From assembly GCA_973851085.1 (NCBI GenBank), contig OZ316775.1, forward strand, positions 10,354,001 through 10,418,000: a DNA stretch of 64,000 nucleotides, given 5' to 3'. Every line of letters starts with the position of its first letter. Position 1 is the stretch's first letter. Positions 38,515-51,200 of the stretch are shown in pieces. The stretch comes from Ptychomitrium polyphyllum (lineage: Eukaryota). A program made the position numbers and the translations under genes. The notes beneath the pieces were generated by a model that worked only from the letters and a program-made list of their open reading frames with translations, was not told the DNA's origin and did no database searches.

Positions 38515-39072
38515 ATGGCTTCGTTCCTGCTCTCGGAGGTGTTCATAGTGGAGAAGACAATCGCATCCGGACATGCAGACTTGGATGACCTCACATGCGA
38601 GACGACTGTGTGCACGAGTTTGCAGCAAGCGTACTGCGAAGCAATCAAGAACATGATAAGCGCTACACTGGACAAAAACTGCGACAGCGACGATGAGGAG
38701 ACCCTGCGGTGGGAGCTGGCAAAGACGATGCGGAGGAGAGGAGTCAGCCCAGAGAAGCGCTACCTGAGGCTCAAAGAGGTAATCATCAATGCAAGCCGAG
38801 CCTTCCATGCCGAGAAGACCTACTACACCGTGAAGCGCAGTGCGATCATTCCGCACACTGTGATAGACGAAGAGAGGATGATTACAGATGCGCTGGAGCT
38901 GCTTGGGGAACCGGAGAATGTTGCAGACGATGCTGCAGGAAGGTTGGCAAGGAATGTGAAAGCTCGACAGCCTCGGGATGCGTCGCTGAAAGGTCGCGGC
39001 CGCGTATTGCCTCCTCTGACTGACAACAAGGAAGGCCCCTCCCGGAAGAGAGCTCGTGATCACAAACAGTGA
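38515..39072 (+). CDS. Hypothetical protein (~185 aa from ATG 38515), basic C-terminal NLS-like motif
   Basis: The frame is open from 38389 to 39072 with coding-like GC and codon usage. The ATG is in good context (gcgATGg) just after a plausible acceptor (gttgtacag, ~38483). The protein ends ...PSRKRARDHKQ*. No family was recognised. Confidence 0.6.
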   Translation: MASFLLSEVFIVEKTIASGHADLDDLTCETTVCTSLQQAYCEAIKNMISATLDKNCDSDDEETLRWELAKTMRRRGVSPEKRYLRLKEVIINASRAFHAEKTYYTVKRSAIIPHTVIDEERMITDALELLGEPENVADDAAGRLARNVKARQPRDASLKGRGRVLPPLTDNKEGPSRKRARDHKQ

Positions 39073-39236
39073 CACAACATTGCAAGAGAATCAGGAGGTT
39101 TTGTTTGAACAGCGAGCAACCGCGTCCTCGGTTAGTTTATGAGCTTCTTTGTTCAATTTCATCATTCCTTGTGCTGTGCAGTATTGAACGCAACATTCGG
39201 CTTGGGAAACCTCTACCCCTGGCTGGTTGAGGAAAA

Positions 39237-39290
39237 CATAACGGAAACAGGCTTGTACATAACGGAAAAAGGCTTGTACATAACGGATCG
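39237..39290. repeat. 21-bp tandem repeat (~2.5 copies)
   Basis: cataacggaaacaggcttgta / cataacggaaaaaggcttgta / cataacgga. Confidence 0.85.
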
Positions 39291-39369
39291 TTGTACACCA
39301 TTACATTGTTCATAACAGGGCTTCGTTTACTTGTAAATACGTTCTTTTAAAATCACAAAGCCTTGACTT

Positions 39370-41575
39370 GAAGCTTTCAAATTTTTCAAAGAACCTGGAC
39401 GAGCAATCGCACAACTATGTGAATCTACAGTAGATGATGTGCGTAAGAGCTGCTTTGGAAGACGCAATTACATTTTTGATATCTTGAAAATAAATCATGC
39501 TACTCTAAAGTTCTTCAAGATGTATAGTGAGATGTTACAAATAGCACATTATCTTGTAGATATCATGCATCACTTTCTTGAATATTGCAGTCCAGGTCAG
39601 TGTACTTGTGTTGATTACTAGCAATGCACATAGGTCTTTGTTGTTTTCCATCAAACCTAGTGGCAAAAGTAATCTCATTGCACAGGCTACTTGAATACAT
39701 AGTTCTCTAGAGGACCTGCTTGCTTAGCCAACATCCGGGACTTAAGCATTGGATATAGCAAATGTCTTTGCTATCCATAACATAGTCTCACCTTGGAAAG
39801 TGGGAAACCAAGAATAATTAATAGAAAGGGCATTAGAGAATTCATTTCATGAATGTATGAAGGCATGAGCCTAGTTTGGTGAACCTTTTAACAATGGCAA
39901 TGGAATGATTCCTTAGGAGAGGGGTCACTAAAGAATGTTATGAAGAATGTTATGAAGAATTTCAGCCAAAACCCGTGATGCAAAGCGGATTTTTATGATC
40001 ATTTTGCAGTGCTATTCTAGAGGACTCTTGCACTCAAGTGCATTACTCAATGTGGGTTGAAGAGTAAACACTGCAAGGAGGAGAGAGATTGGGATGAATT
40101 AAGGCACAGATTTCTGGTAAGAAAGCAACTTCATGGATTTTTATGGAGGTGCCATGATGTGGCAGGCTCTTCTGCAGGTAACTTGGAATATGATTGGAAC
40201 TGGAATTGTCCATGGATAAAACCAAGCTAGCTAGAATGACCATCTCTTGTATTACTGCATTTTGATAAATAAAGGAAAAGTCGAAGAAAAGATGAATATA
40301 CTTTTTGGGCTATATATGGGAGGTGAAGGTTTATTAACTTTCTCCCGTCTTAAAAATTAATTTTATTAATTTGTAGTAAAAGGTTGCTAAAATTGACTAT
40401 AAATGATGAAACAATTTCTAGAGATTGATAAAGATGTAGTGTTTAAATTAGCAACCTTTTCAAAATGTTTTCAAAATGATTAAAGACACTATTAGAGATG
40501 CTTCTGTTTCATTAGCAAACAATCCTAGATAAACTTGACTTTGATTATTGATTCTTACAAATACATAAGCATTGAAAATTGGATTGAAATTGGAAGAACA
40601 ACATGGCTAGTCAAAACACTATCTTGTTGAAGATTCATTATTCTTACTTTTATAGATTGCTAATCATTTAAATGTTAAGAAATTGTTTTGTTGACAATCA
40701 AAGGATTGCTAGCAAATATCAATAAGAAAAAATATTTTGGAAATGATGTACAAGAGGGATACTGTAATATTTTAGGCCTTTGGAAGAAATTCTTGATAAT
40801 TAATATAATGATAAATTTATTGGTTCAACTTGGAAAAGGTGCCAAACAAAACTCTGTCTTAATGTGAAGCTTTCCAAGTTTTCCAAGAACCCGGACAAGT
40901 AGCAGCACAATTATGTGAACCCACAGTCTAGACATGTGTGTGGAGCTGTTTTCAAAGAGGCCATTGCACTTTTGATATCTTGAAAAGAATCATACAACTC
41001 TCTGGTTTTCCAAGATGCATTGTTACAAATAGAACAGCAACTTGTAGCATATCTTCAATCTCTAGACTCTGAATATTGCTTTCCTGGGTAAGCAATAGTT
41101 CTATATACATGTGTCTGTATGCCCAGGTCAGTGTACTCATGTCAATTACTAGTTTACATGGTGTATTGATACCTTTCAAACCTAATCATCATAGTAATAT
41201 TCATACAAAGGCTACCCTAAAGAGGTATTTCTCCACACCCAGGACTCTATTTCATGTAAAGGTAGCTCTTAAGCACTGGACATGGCACATGTTGTTGCTC
41301 TGTTCAAATTCCAGCCAAAATGTGTCTCTAGCAACAAAGCCAATAACATGTGCCTAACAAAATGCAAGCAATACATTTTGTATGCTGATGCGGCAGTGCT
41401 GATCTAGAGGACTATGGACTCTTCTGTTCAAGGAAGTTAATCATGGGCTGTTGAAGAGAAACAACCACAAACACGAGAGATTACGTAGAGTCAGATTTCA
41501 AGCAAGAAGGCAAACTCATGCATTTTGTGGAGGTGCATGATGTGGCAGGCTCTCTTTTGCATGAGCTTGGAACAA
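39370..41575 (+). repeat. Diverged direct duplication: ~39370-40190 and ~40866-41575
   Basis: Shared collinear blocks: gaagctttc..ttttc.aagaacc.ggac, ttttgatatcttgaaaa, ccaggtcagtgtact, caaaccta, cagccaaaa, cagtgct..tctagaggact, ggaggtgc(c)atgatgtggcaggctct. Confidence 0.85.
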
Positions 41576-42930
41576 GTTTGCATTAGAAATGTCAATGTGC
41601 ATGATGTGTTGGTGGCCTTGGGAAGTTTGCTGTTTGCATTACTCCAATTGCTTCTCTGTGCTTTGGATCAGTACATAAGGAAGGAACAGAGTAGTTTACC
41701 TGTAACTCAATGTAACTCTATAATTTTCAAAAGGATCCTTGCCATCAGTAGTGCATTATGTCAGGATCCCAGTGAGATGAGTTTTATGTAGCTATGTACC
41801 TTACAAACTTTAAAGGTTCTTGGAAGGATCCAAATCAGGTGGATTTGTTGGAGCCAACAGTTCTTCTGTGCAACTCAATGAAGTAATCCCAATTGCTATG
41901 AAACAGACCAATGAACTGATTACAGTGTCCATATGCAACACCAACATACTATATTAGTTAAAAATTTGTGTTCTGCTGGGACAGAAGTTGATACTTCACA
42001 CAGAAGTGAAGATCAGGGTGAACCCAAGAATGTTGAAGTGTGCATTATTGTACTGTTTGCAATGAAATATACTTGTTTTATTATTTTCCAAAATAGTTAT
42101 TCACTGTGGGATTATTTTGAGTATGTGTTCTGAAGTTATGTGCATAGTTCTAGGACCCATTGCTAGAGGAGCATTCAATCTCCTGCCAAAGTCTTTGAGA
42201 AGTAGAAGTTGTTTAATTAAAGGTTTTGGCATACATTGTTTTGTTTGATTTGTTTAATTAGCACTACTTATCAAATCTGCTGACTGTGTGTGATTTTTAC
42301 AAACGACAACAATAATTTTCCATTATACCAAATAAATAATTAAGAGATATATCATTTCATACTAATTAAATTTGAAGTTTTTATATTACTAACTAGTCCT
42401 TGGTAAATAAAAATAACAAGTAGGATTGTTCTACTTTTAAAAGTTGGTCAATCAAAGTGTACCACTTGTAACAAAAGTTTGCAAAACTATAAGGATAGAT
42501 TTCTTGGATTTAAATAACACTATAGAAATATACCTTGATAAAATCAAATGTAAAATCAGAAATAATTAATTGACCAAATGGTTTATATTGTATCAAATGA
42601 TTACTACTTTCCTTGTTAGAGCTGAAAGATTCAATGCAGCAAATATCTTTATGGATATTCTATTTAAATCCAGGGTATCAATCACTATAATTGTACAAAC
42701 TTTGATTGTTGGTGGCAAATTTCAATTGACTTAGCAACCTTTATGACTGACACAATTTTGGTTGTTCATTTGTACGTGTGATTGTGACTTTTGACCAACA
42801 ACGGGAATATCCTTAAATAAACAATCCACATGTAAGTTGAGAATGCAAAGTCGAAACTCCTTTAACTTAGATGTTTTTGCTCTGTTTGATGATTCTTCAC
42901 ACTTCTTTAAGTGGGGGCACATGGTGAGGC

Positions 42931-43240
42931 TTTTGCCTTGTCTCCCTTGCATATTTTGCCCTGTCTACTTTGCTTGTTTTGTCCTCTCTACCTTGCATGT
43001 TTTGTCCTATATCCCTTGCATGTTTTACCCTTTTTGCCCTGTCTGCCTTGCATATTTTACCCTGTCTGCCTTGCATATTTTACCCTGTCTGCCTTGCATA
43101 TTTTACCCTGTTTGCCTTGCATGTTTTGCTCTATCTCCCTTGCATATTTTGCCCTGTTGTCCTTGCATATTTTGTCCTGTTTCCCTTGCATGTTTTTCCC
43201 TATTTTCCTTGCATATCTTGCCTTGTTTCCCTTGCATGTT
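42931..43240. repeat. 23-bp minisatellite, ~13 copies
   Basis: Consensus ttttaccctgtctgccttgcata. The cata motif falls at 43051, 43074 and 43097 (period 23), and units degenerate toward both ends. Confidence 0.95.
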
Positions 43241-46200
43241 TGTGTTTATAGAAGCTTGCACATGTACTTGCCTCTCAACTTTTTTTGACTACTTTTTGTT
43301 CTATTTAGTGACTTAGCATGTTTTCTTGTTATCAATTTCATAAAATAGGCAATAAATTTTGTAAATAAAAAGGTAAGATGCTCTTTTAAAACATATTGAA
43401 AAAATTAATTCTACAAAATGACAGAATTATTATGGATTAATTCCTTTTCCTCTACCTTCTTGCAGGCTGTAGAGAATTTCAGACTTTGGTCAAGGCTAGA
43501 ATTTAGTCATTCGATAGGAGTTGTTGCCACAAATTGTAAATTACAAAATCAAAAATTGAAATCCACAAGAATCTATTGAATATTCCTTTTTCCTTCAAAG
43601 ACATCTGAACTTTTCAACATTGTATGTATGGGTAGAAATGGTATCCATTGAATCTGACCATTAGCATTAGGCAATTCTAAAAGTAGCTGGCTTTTGAAAA
43701 TAATTCCTACGGCTTTTGAATGTAATTTGTATCTGATACTTTACTGAAACCATCTCAAGAACTGAACTCAGTGTGGTAACAAACATTGAAGCTTCAGGTT
43801 TTTATGAAGAGTAGAACAGACTGTGCTAAGTTCTATACTGGTAAGCCATTGAGTAGTTTCTATTCTAACATGTTTTTAACATTCTTCTATGACCTCTTTG
43901 AACATCTTCTCTCCAAAGGAACTGTTACATCATTCAAAGTTACCATTTCATTGTTTAAAACCTTGTTTCCTAAGATTGGAAGAACATAAAGTTATCAAAA
44001 TAAATTTCTGTCTTCATTTTTTCACTATGACATGCTCTCATTATCATTTCATTTATTGATGGTTTCAGTTTTCCAAGTTGAAGGTGATTTACTTCAACTG
44101 CTGAAGAATGTTATGTTCTGCTCTCAGTTCTGGAAGATTGCTATGCATTCAGGTAACAGCCAGCTGTTGAAGCCTGGGAGGTGCGGAAGAATGATGTCAT
44201 TGTCATCTGCAACTAAAAGATAACAGTAGTGACCCTGTTATAAGTTACCACACTTGAAGTACAGCACATCAGTAAAGTAGTCAATGTAATTAGTTAGTAA
44301 AGGATATTGAATGTGAGTTATATAGGTACCACAGATCCTTGATGGAGTTGGGTCATTGCTGGAAGAGTACTGTGCAGGGGAGACACACATACACTACATA
44401 GGGGGACGACCTAGCCAACAAACATAAGATTGCTTTGATTTTGATTATACTGATGTGTGAGAGTTCAAGCAGTTGGCCTCATTGCTGATATCTGCAAAAT
44501 CTTAACAGCCCAATAACTTACTATTGAAGTAGAAAGCAGTCATTCAAAGTTACCCAACTTTTTGAACAGCATTGACAAGACATGCATTATTTGTAAAAGT
44601 TCAGCCAATCAAAAGTTATCCAGATTTTACCCTTTTTTTTGGCTATGTCCTGCTCCTCACTCTTGACATTCTACTGCTGATCATAGACAGGGCCTGCACA
44701 CAAATGATAAAACTGATGTGAGTGTTTTCAGAGGACAAAATTGTTGTAAGCAGTTCACGTTTTGATGAGATCTTGTTTTAATTTTTCTTTTAGACAAATG
44801 AAGACACCTAGAAATAAAGGATGAGACAGAACCCACTGGGATTCAACCTGACCTACTGCCATTTTATAGGGACCACTTGTGGTGGCAGATAATCCATGTC
44901 ATTTTGAACTTGTTACAGCTGCTGCACATAATCCTCCATCCTGCCCAACTGGTGTAAGGTTTCTTTTAACTTGTAACTAAAGTAAAGGGTTGTATTTGGA
45001 TTTGGTTGTAGCAAAGAACAGCTCCACTTGTGAGCTGCAGTAATTGCACATAAGGGTGTAGGTGGTGCTTGCTTTGTCCGTAACTGTTAAATGGCTTAAC
45101 CCTCCTCAGGGCTTGGGCATAGATGATCATACATAAAGATCAAAGAGGAGGAGGACTACTTGGAAATATTACAATATTAACTTACAATAACAGAACATCA
45201 GCTTCTGACCATTCATGATTCCAGCTCATTCATGGTACCAGCAACAAGGTAATGATATATAAGTGTACAAATTCAGCATCATTTTGGGCTGGGAATACCC
45301 TTCCCATTTCAACCTAGGCATACCAAGTACAACCACCAATAGCAAGTTCAAAAGTCTATCTTGCTCATTTCCAGATGATATGTCTAAGTGAATTCAAGGA
45401 GGTCAGGATTTATGGAGACTAGCAGCCACCAAGAGCATTTAAGACTCCAGCCTAATCTAACAATCCTGAATTCTTATTTCCTGTCAGGGTCTCTGAGTTT
45501 TAAGGTTGTTTTAAGAAAACAAAACATTTGCTATGATGATGGATTTCACACTGCACCCACCCCTCAAATTTTATGGTGTCTAAATGCTTGTAAGCTAGCT
45601 AAGTCAAGCATAGACTCCAAGTTTTGCACTTTTGTTCAAAACTGTCTCAAAGGTTAATGCTACAGTGATTCAGTGTCAAGAGTGTGCCTGAACAACCAAA
45701 GGACGTGCACAAACTCTCCTTCCTTAAGTAGTCTAGTTCTTAGTGAGAAGAAACCAGTTTCAAATCTGGCTGGGGAACTAAATTAAAGCCAGATGATACC
45801 TGTACAAGTGACCCCCCGTATTCCGACCAGTGTGGCAAAAGGGGACGAGAAATAGTGAGGTAGAGGAGGTGTGTAGGGTGGCAAAGGGTGAGCCTGTGAG
45901 GTGGTCCTGCAGGAGCAAGAGCAGGAGGCCATCGCCATCATGATGAGTGGGTTCAGGTGGAGGCCGTCCGGCAGTCACATCATCCCCAGTCCAGTGGACT
46001 CCGGCTCCGCCTTGGGAAAGAAGGAAGGAAGGGAGGAAGGGAGAGCAAGCAGTTGGCCAGGCTTTCGTCTTCGCACGGCACCAGTAGCAGCTTCCTCTTT
46101 GCATGCAACTCTGCACATACACCCTCTACACTGCAGGCTCCAGGCTCTCTCTCGCTCTTCCAGCAGCTCTGCCATGCCATCTCATCCCTGAATATTATAT

Positions 46201-48224
46201 TCTCAAGACCGCTGCCTCATCAGCCTGGGCCTGTGCTTCAAGTCTTCTAGTTGACTTCAATATTACGCAAGAGTTCCAGATCTAATCGGTACGTTGCAGG
46301 ATGCGGTGATCATACTGCTGATTTTGAGTCTTGAGAACGTAGATTGTAACTATGGGAGATCATCAGTAGGGGTTGGACTTTGAGGGGCGAGAGGCGATGG
46401 ACTCGGGGTCAGAAAGAGTTAGAGGGAATATGCTGTCATGATGTGATGGCGTTGTTTGGTGGACGTCTGAAGAGGGCATAGCTTATAGTTGCAAAGATCA
46501 AATTAAGTCATGTCGTATGTTTTTTACTTCCCTTGATTTGAGGATGCCACTGATAAGATAGCTGGTAGTGGAGATACAGCTTAATTTTGGAGCCTTTTCT
46601 TCACACAGATTTGCTGCATTCCAGGGGAATCGTTATCCTTTCAATCCCGGAGCGTTATGTAGATGAGGATGCTTCAGTAGAAAAAGTTCTGCCCGGAATT
46701 GTTTCTTTCTTCATTGTGAGTGATTGTTTGAAAGGGCTTGCAGTGCTCGAGGTTGAGCATTACAGAGGAATTCACGCTGCCTAAAAGTTGGCAGGTTTCC
46801 ACATTGCAGAAAGCCGGAAGTGTGAGTCAAGATGCTGATCAAGCTGACGTTCACCTTGTGTTGTAATTCGAACCTTTATAGGCAGTAAGCATTATTACAG
46901 CGAAGTCCAGACAATCCGCGCTTGTTTTTGAAGGGATAGTGCTTTGCTAAAGTTCCGTCCAAGTAGGCTGTCTTGACCTTGTTCCGACAAGTGAGTGAAA
47001 CAACGACCTCCAAACTTTCCATCGCACCGCCTGGTTTCGCTTTTGTATTATAATAGGAGCTGCTTGGCTTTTCCGTGATCATCTAATGCCTTGCAAGAGT
47101 ATGTCCAAGTCTCTGCGTGGTACAAGGGCACTCAGTGATGGTGATTAGGGGGATTGCCCACTTGTGCGAGGTCTAGGTTTTTACACAACACCAATTAGAG
47201 CATAGTTTTTGCCGTCATGGGAGCAGTATTTGTGCAAAATATGTCGAAGGACGCCGACGTTGAATTATGTGCCATTCTGATGATCATACTGTGGTAAGAT
47301 TCGTGCAGTTCGAGAAGCATCACTCAAAGGAATTTCATCGAATGAATATCCTGGAGCCTCAGAGAAAACAGTGACTTCAGCGGTAACAATTGCAATTGAC
47401 TCTTGCAGGATTCAACTTCCGTTGGAAAGTTTCACGTTCTGTGAGCTTCTCCAAACGCCACATCTAGGTAGTTCACTTAGATGTTGCACACAAAATACTG
47501 CATCTAGACTCCAATCATTGCTAAACGAACTGGAAAATGTCTTCAAAGACAGGCAGCCAGATGTCACCAAACCGTGCTAGACGGCCATGAGATGATTATC
47601 GGAAGAGAGAATATGCATGTCAGAAGTTGGCATTCTCCTTCTCACGATGCGGTTGACATTAGTTAGCTTTTTTCTTGGTTGTCAAGTATGCAAGGTGCCG
47701 ATTGGTTCTGAGGTAAATTGCGTCATAACTTTTAAACAGAGAAACCGTTCTGTCACCTTCTACAGTTGGTACCTTTCAATGTACCCTGTACCGTGAAATC
47801 GAGTAGAAATTATGGAGTGTCAGAAGCTCCTGTGGTAGGATCGATTATAATGAAGATACCATGTAAGGTACTTCACTCATGTGGGTCCTTGCAGGAAGGT
47901 TATGGCGATATGTCACCTGCCTTCGTTCATTTTACATAAGGCTTGCTGCGTTTAAACTTTTCACTTCTTCCTGATTTCTTTGCTATTAGAATGAGCTAAG
48001 CCGACAGAATTCTTTGATTCAGCTAGCGAACACTTCGTCTCTTGCCAAGTGAACCAATAGAAAATATTTACTTACGGCAAAGATCTAGTTTCTCCTGGTA
48101 GTAGGGTATTCTGAAACCTGTAATACTGTATTATATCAAGAAGTATTCAGCAAAGACCAAGCCGCTTGTTATTGGACTCAAATATTGCATAGTGAATTTA
48201 TGCAGGTAGTCGGGCTAAGAAATC

Positions 48225-51200
48225 ATGAGTAAGCAAGCAGGAGGAATACAGGAGCAGCTGCGGTCAATTGTAGGGCCTAAAGGATGGGACTACGCTGTAT
48301 TTTGGCAGCTCCACGATGAAACACGGTAATGTCCGCCCATAGAAGAAGTCTTCATTTTCTGAGACGCTAAGGAACGTTCATGAGTAGCATTTGTGGTTTT
48401 TCTATTTTTCTTAAAGCCACTTCAGAAATAAGAACATCTTTATTTTATAAGTCCAGCCATGTGGAGTTAAAACATTCTTTGTGCGCAAAGAACACTGCCT
48501 TCAGTAGCCAGGGTGAAAGACAAATTACATTTCTCAATTTTGGGGGCTCTAACATACAATGAACTATGTTTTCTGCCGCATGTGTCCCTTGAATATTGTT
48601 GTGATGCTATCATTTGAATTAGAATCAACCTTCGGCACACTTGATCTGGAAGTTTTGTTTAAATTCTTTTCAAAGCTGAATGTTCAGCCATATAATTTCG
48701 TCCATGCCTTCGTGAAAAAACTATGTGATATGCAAGTTTCTAGACTACTACATGTTCTGTCAAGGGTCTGTTAGGAAGAAGGTATTTGTAATTTGAGTCA
48801 AATTATTGGTGTTGTGTAGCACGCTCGAGTGGACAGGATGCTGTTGCAGCGGTGTCGGAGGTACAAGCAACGACAACGTCTTGGTTGCATCCACCAGTAG
48901 TCGCTACCTTGAGTCGTCGACTGGCTGTCCGGATGTGGTGGGTTATCATCCTGCTACACTCATCTGCTCGCTACTTGCAAGCATGCCGTCTTCAGTACCA
49001 TTGGACTCAGGGTACGTCCTAATATACTACACCTGGTAGATTAAGCAGGAGGCCATATGAATTCCCTAGAACTTATTTATTTATTTAAATATTTATTCAA
49101 GAGCATTTCAACAAGCATCACTATCACTCTATCACAGAAGAAGCAACAGGTGCACTGCTACAAATGGGAAGGGGTTTCCACTTGAGCTCTTGGGCCTAAT
49201 GAAATCGCAAGGACACTGAGGCCGCTGTACAATGCACAATACATGATATATGGTGTAATGTACACTCGTCAGCATGGAGAAGATTCATTACTAGAAATTA
49301 GGTGTACCAAAGATTATGTTAAAGATACTATTTGTAAAAATGGAATCTGTTTACACAAATGTTGCTTGAGAGCATTCGGATATCAGATTAGAGCCTCTCC
49401 TCTGTAAACGATGCCCAATCTGAAAATTGACCCAAGCATCTTCTAAGCAGCTTCCAAACATAACAAATATATTCAGATATTCAGGAAATATTCAGATATT
49501 TACTTATGGATACCAAAGTTGTTAGGGTGCCCATCATAATATAAAGATGATCGGTGGGTTGCAGGGTTCAAGGGAGGGTGTTCCTGGGAGGCCAACCGAA
49601 GTGGGTACACGGAGACCCGTCAATGGAGGGGCAGGTGAATTGCTCGACTCACGTCTATTTCCCTCAAATTTTCCTTCTGCCTATGTTATGCAGATAAGAC
49701 CAGAGTTGTTTTAAGAAAACTGGTGCCTTTGTAATGTACAGAACAATTTAAAAGGGACTGTAAAAGTGGACTAGGCGAAGATTTCGTTGGATGAAGGCCA
49801 CCGAAAAACCTACACCTGTGCACATTAAACTTGATTCCTTTTTATTTACATCTGTGCATATTTTGATGTCTTCGGCATAGTTAGAGAAGAGCCTCACTTT
49901 CTAGGAATCCTCAACAGTGCAACACTGGCGGCGGAATTTCACTCTTGAAGAAATTTTTGAATCAACTTGAAAGGGCCTGAAACCAACTCCAACACTCTGA
50001 AGCAATTTTGAATCTAGTATAAGTGCAACGATCTGTCGTTGAATAATGTCTGTTCCGTACCTCGTAACCGGCAAAGCCTTTAACAATCAGAAAATCTATA
50101 GTTGATGGACTACTTCAATTGAAGTGTTTGTGCTGTGTGTGTAGGAAATGACAGTACAAACTAAAGTCTGCATACCAGTACAAAGTGGCCTCGTGGAGCT
50201 TGGGGTCACAAATCATGTACATATCATTCTCAATACATATTCAGTATTTTTCACTCTACGTGGTGTCTAAGTCAGCTTCGCTTAAGTGTGACAAAAGAAA
50301 CGGTGTACCATAACCCTGGAAGACACGATTGGAGTCGAAATAGACAAATTTCATATCGATGTGAATAACGTGGAGCTTGCTTTCTAGTACTAATCATCCG
50401 GCCTGGGCTTCTCTAGGTCACGGAGAACGCAGCCTTGGTGCAATATGTAAGGACTCGATGTGGAGAACCGTGGCAAGCTGCAGGAATACCGAAGAATGGC
50501 AGTGGAAACAATAGTTTTGATGCTTCGGGTAGCCAGGGATCTGTGATGGACCAGCAAGCAGTCAAGATGTACTACTCACGCCATAGTTTTCCTACCAGCT
50601 TGGACAGCTCCTGGCCAAGCTCTCACCCATGGGAACAAGAAAACCCTATGCTGGAGTCCCAGCTCATTGGAAGTAAGAATTCTGATTTCGTTTAGTAACA
50701 TCGATCACTTGAAACTTGTTTATCTAGTTTATATAGGTCATTTTAGGAAATGCGTTGGATTGCGAAATCCGAGGGCTGGTGCTGATAGCCGTTTGCTTGC
50801 CTTGGCACAGGCATGGATCACCAGGAATTGATGAATCAGTTACCGGGTTCGACTACACAATTCCCTCATCATGGTAAATCAAATGATTCAAGGAGAGTTA
50901 GAAATGCCTCTTCGTATTGTAGAATTCTGTTCTCTTTCATTGTTTCCAACAATGTGGCTAAGGTTCTCGTTACAAGGTCTAACAGATGCGACTTTGAGGT
51001 GACGTTGATTGTGTACACTGAAGTTTATCACAGATTTTCATAGTTAATTTTCTCTTAATCCCATGAAGCGTTTGTTTTCAAATAATCAACTTGTTACTGT
51101 GATAACTTTTGGTCAATTGTTTGCAAGCGCAGGCACGACGGCAGAGTCCCCGCGAGGTAGTGCTATGTCAAAAGACGATGGAGAAGGTGAGAATAAAACT

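Noticed and set aside
38503..39075. 190-aa minus-strand ORF
   Set aside because: Antisense to the more plausible plus-strand ORF, with no independent support.
42837..43316. Three overlapping hydrophobic Cys/Leu-rich ORFs; also considered as a CRISPR-like array
   Set aside because: Artefacts of the stop-free 23-bp minisatellite. The units are contiguous with no unique spacers and there are no cas genes.
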